DNA from: Octopus vulgaris
Taxonomy: Eukaryota
Length of the DNA stretch: 64,000 nt
Assembly: GCA_951406725.2 (NCBI GenBank)
Contig: OX597815.1
Location: forward strand, 73,284,001 to 73,348,000
Direction of reading: 5' to 3'
Each line of letters opens with the position of its first letter. The first letter of the stretch is position 1. This document shows, piece by piece, positions 62,979 to 64,000 of this stretch. The translations under genes were made by a program, and so were the position numbers. The notes below the pieces were generated by a model, which made no database searches, had not been told where the DNA came from, and was given only the letters and a program-made list of their open reading frames with translations.

Positions 62979-63756
62979 ATTTTTTTTCTCATACCTGAAG
63001 TGGAACTGTTTTCAGTGAAATTCTTCTGTGTGTGTGTTTGACCCCCACCATGTGTTGAAGGGTGAGAAATGAACACACACACATGCACACATATATAGAT
63101 GTATAGCTGTACAGCACACCACAAGTACTAAAATGTATTGTTATATAAATAAGTGAAATGGTGAATAAAAAATGGGGTACCTTTTGACAATTCACCTGAA
63201 GAGACACAATTGCACCTATGGTGCTCTACACTTGTTTGTACAGCATCTCACTTGCAAGGTACAGGTGAACGATGGGTAGAATCAATTATAGTGCATAATA
63301 GTCATATGAATTCCATTTTCTTTCTCTCATATTTCTCTCATATTTTATAAACCCTATGGACATGAAGGAATTCCTGAAGTAAATCCAGTGGCATTTACAT
63401 CCATACTGTTGATGATGTCAGGTAGCTAAATACAGTGAACAAGCTTTAAATGGCATACTACAAGGTGTATACTTGAATATAAAATTATTACACACACACT
63501 CCCCCCCCCACAGACATGGATAGATTGATGTGTGTGTTATCATACAGTGAGAGTGAGTGCTCAATACTGCATTGGTGGATAAATATCCTTTATTTGTAGA
63601 TTAACAAGGCAAGCAATAGTTTCATGTAGGAAAGGTCTCCACAATTCCTAAATGCCAACCATTTAACAGTGTGCACTAGGTGCTTTTTACATGGTACCTT
63701 GGTTTCAGGAACTCAATTCTGTTGTGATGGGTGGGTCTTCTTGAGAATAGTAATGG

Positions 63757-63887
63757 ACCAAATTCACTCACAAGATATTGGTTGGCCTGAGACTACAGTA
63801 GATACTTGCTCAAAGTGCTGTACAGGAAGATTGAAACTGAAACCATGTGGTTACAAAGCAATCCTCTTAACCACATAGCCATGCCTA
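63757..63887 (-). mobile_element. SINE family A 5' part, decayed
   Basis: AATTCACTCACAAG..GAAACCATGTGGTT..ACCACATAGCCATGCCTA. Confidence 0.65.
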
Positions 63888-63894
63888 TATAAAT

Positions 63895-63930
<36 letters not shown>

Positions 63931-64000
63931 GAATGAAAGAAAGAAAATAAAGTAGTTGATCAGTGCAGACTATATTTCTGCAACATCTATTAAATGTAAA

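Overview
Eukaryotic, AT-rich, repeat-saturated genomic DNA with no recognisable host protein-coding exon, rRNA, tRNA gene or CRISPR array. The SINE families, microsatellite density and TTAGGG-type repeats are consistent with a coleoid cephalopod (octopus-like) genome; this is inferred, not proven. Most ORFs in the supplied track are microsatellite artefacts. Real content includes a near-intact R4/Dong-type RLE non-LTR retrotransposon (about 24.46-28.43 kb) in a same-orientation chain of (AAT)n-targeting elements, and a decayed CsRN1-clade Gypsy element (38.46-42.82 kb). There are also mariner and maT relics, hAT-, Merlin- and Helentron-like non-autonomous elements, RTE tails and many tRNA-derived SINEs. 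The most interesting signals are Penelope-like (PLE). One is an internally deleted Neptune-like PLE with inverted pseudo-LTRs that carries a Ulp1/SENP-like cysteine-protease domain upstream of its RT N-terminus (29.3-31.9 kb). The other is a set of type I hammerhead-ribozyme-like motifs, mostly with a U3 core variant, next to (TA)n tracts, including a near-perfect 385-bp palindrome encoding a full hammerhead on both strands (5794-6178). All assignments are by eye; no searches or folding programs were run.
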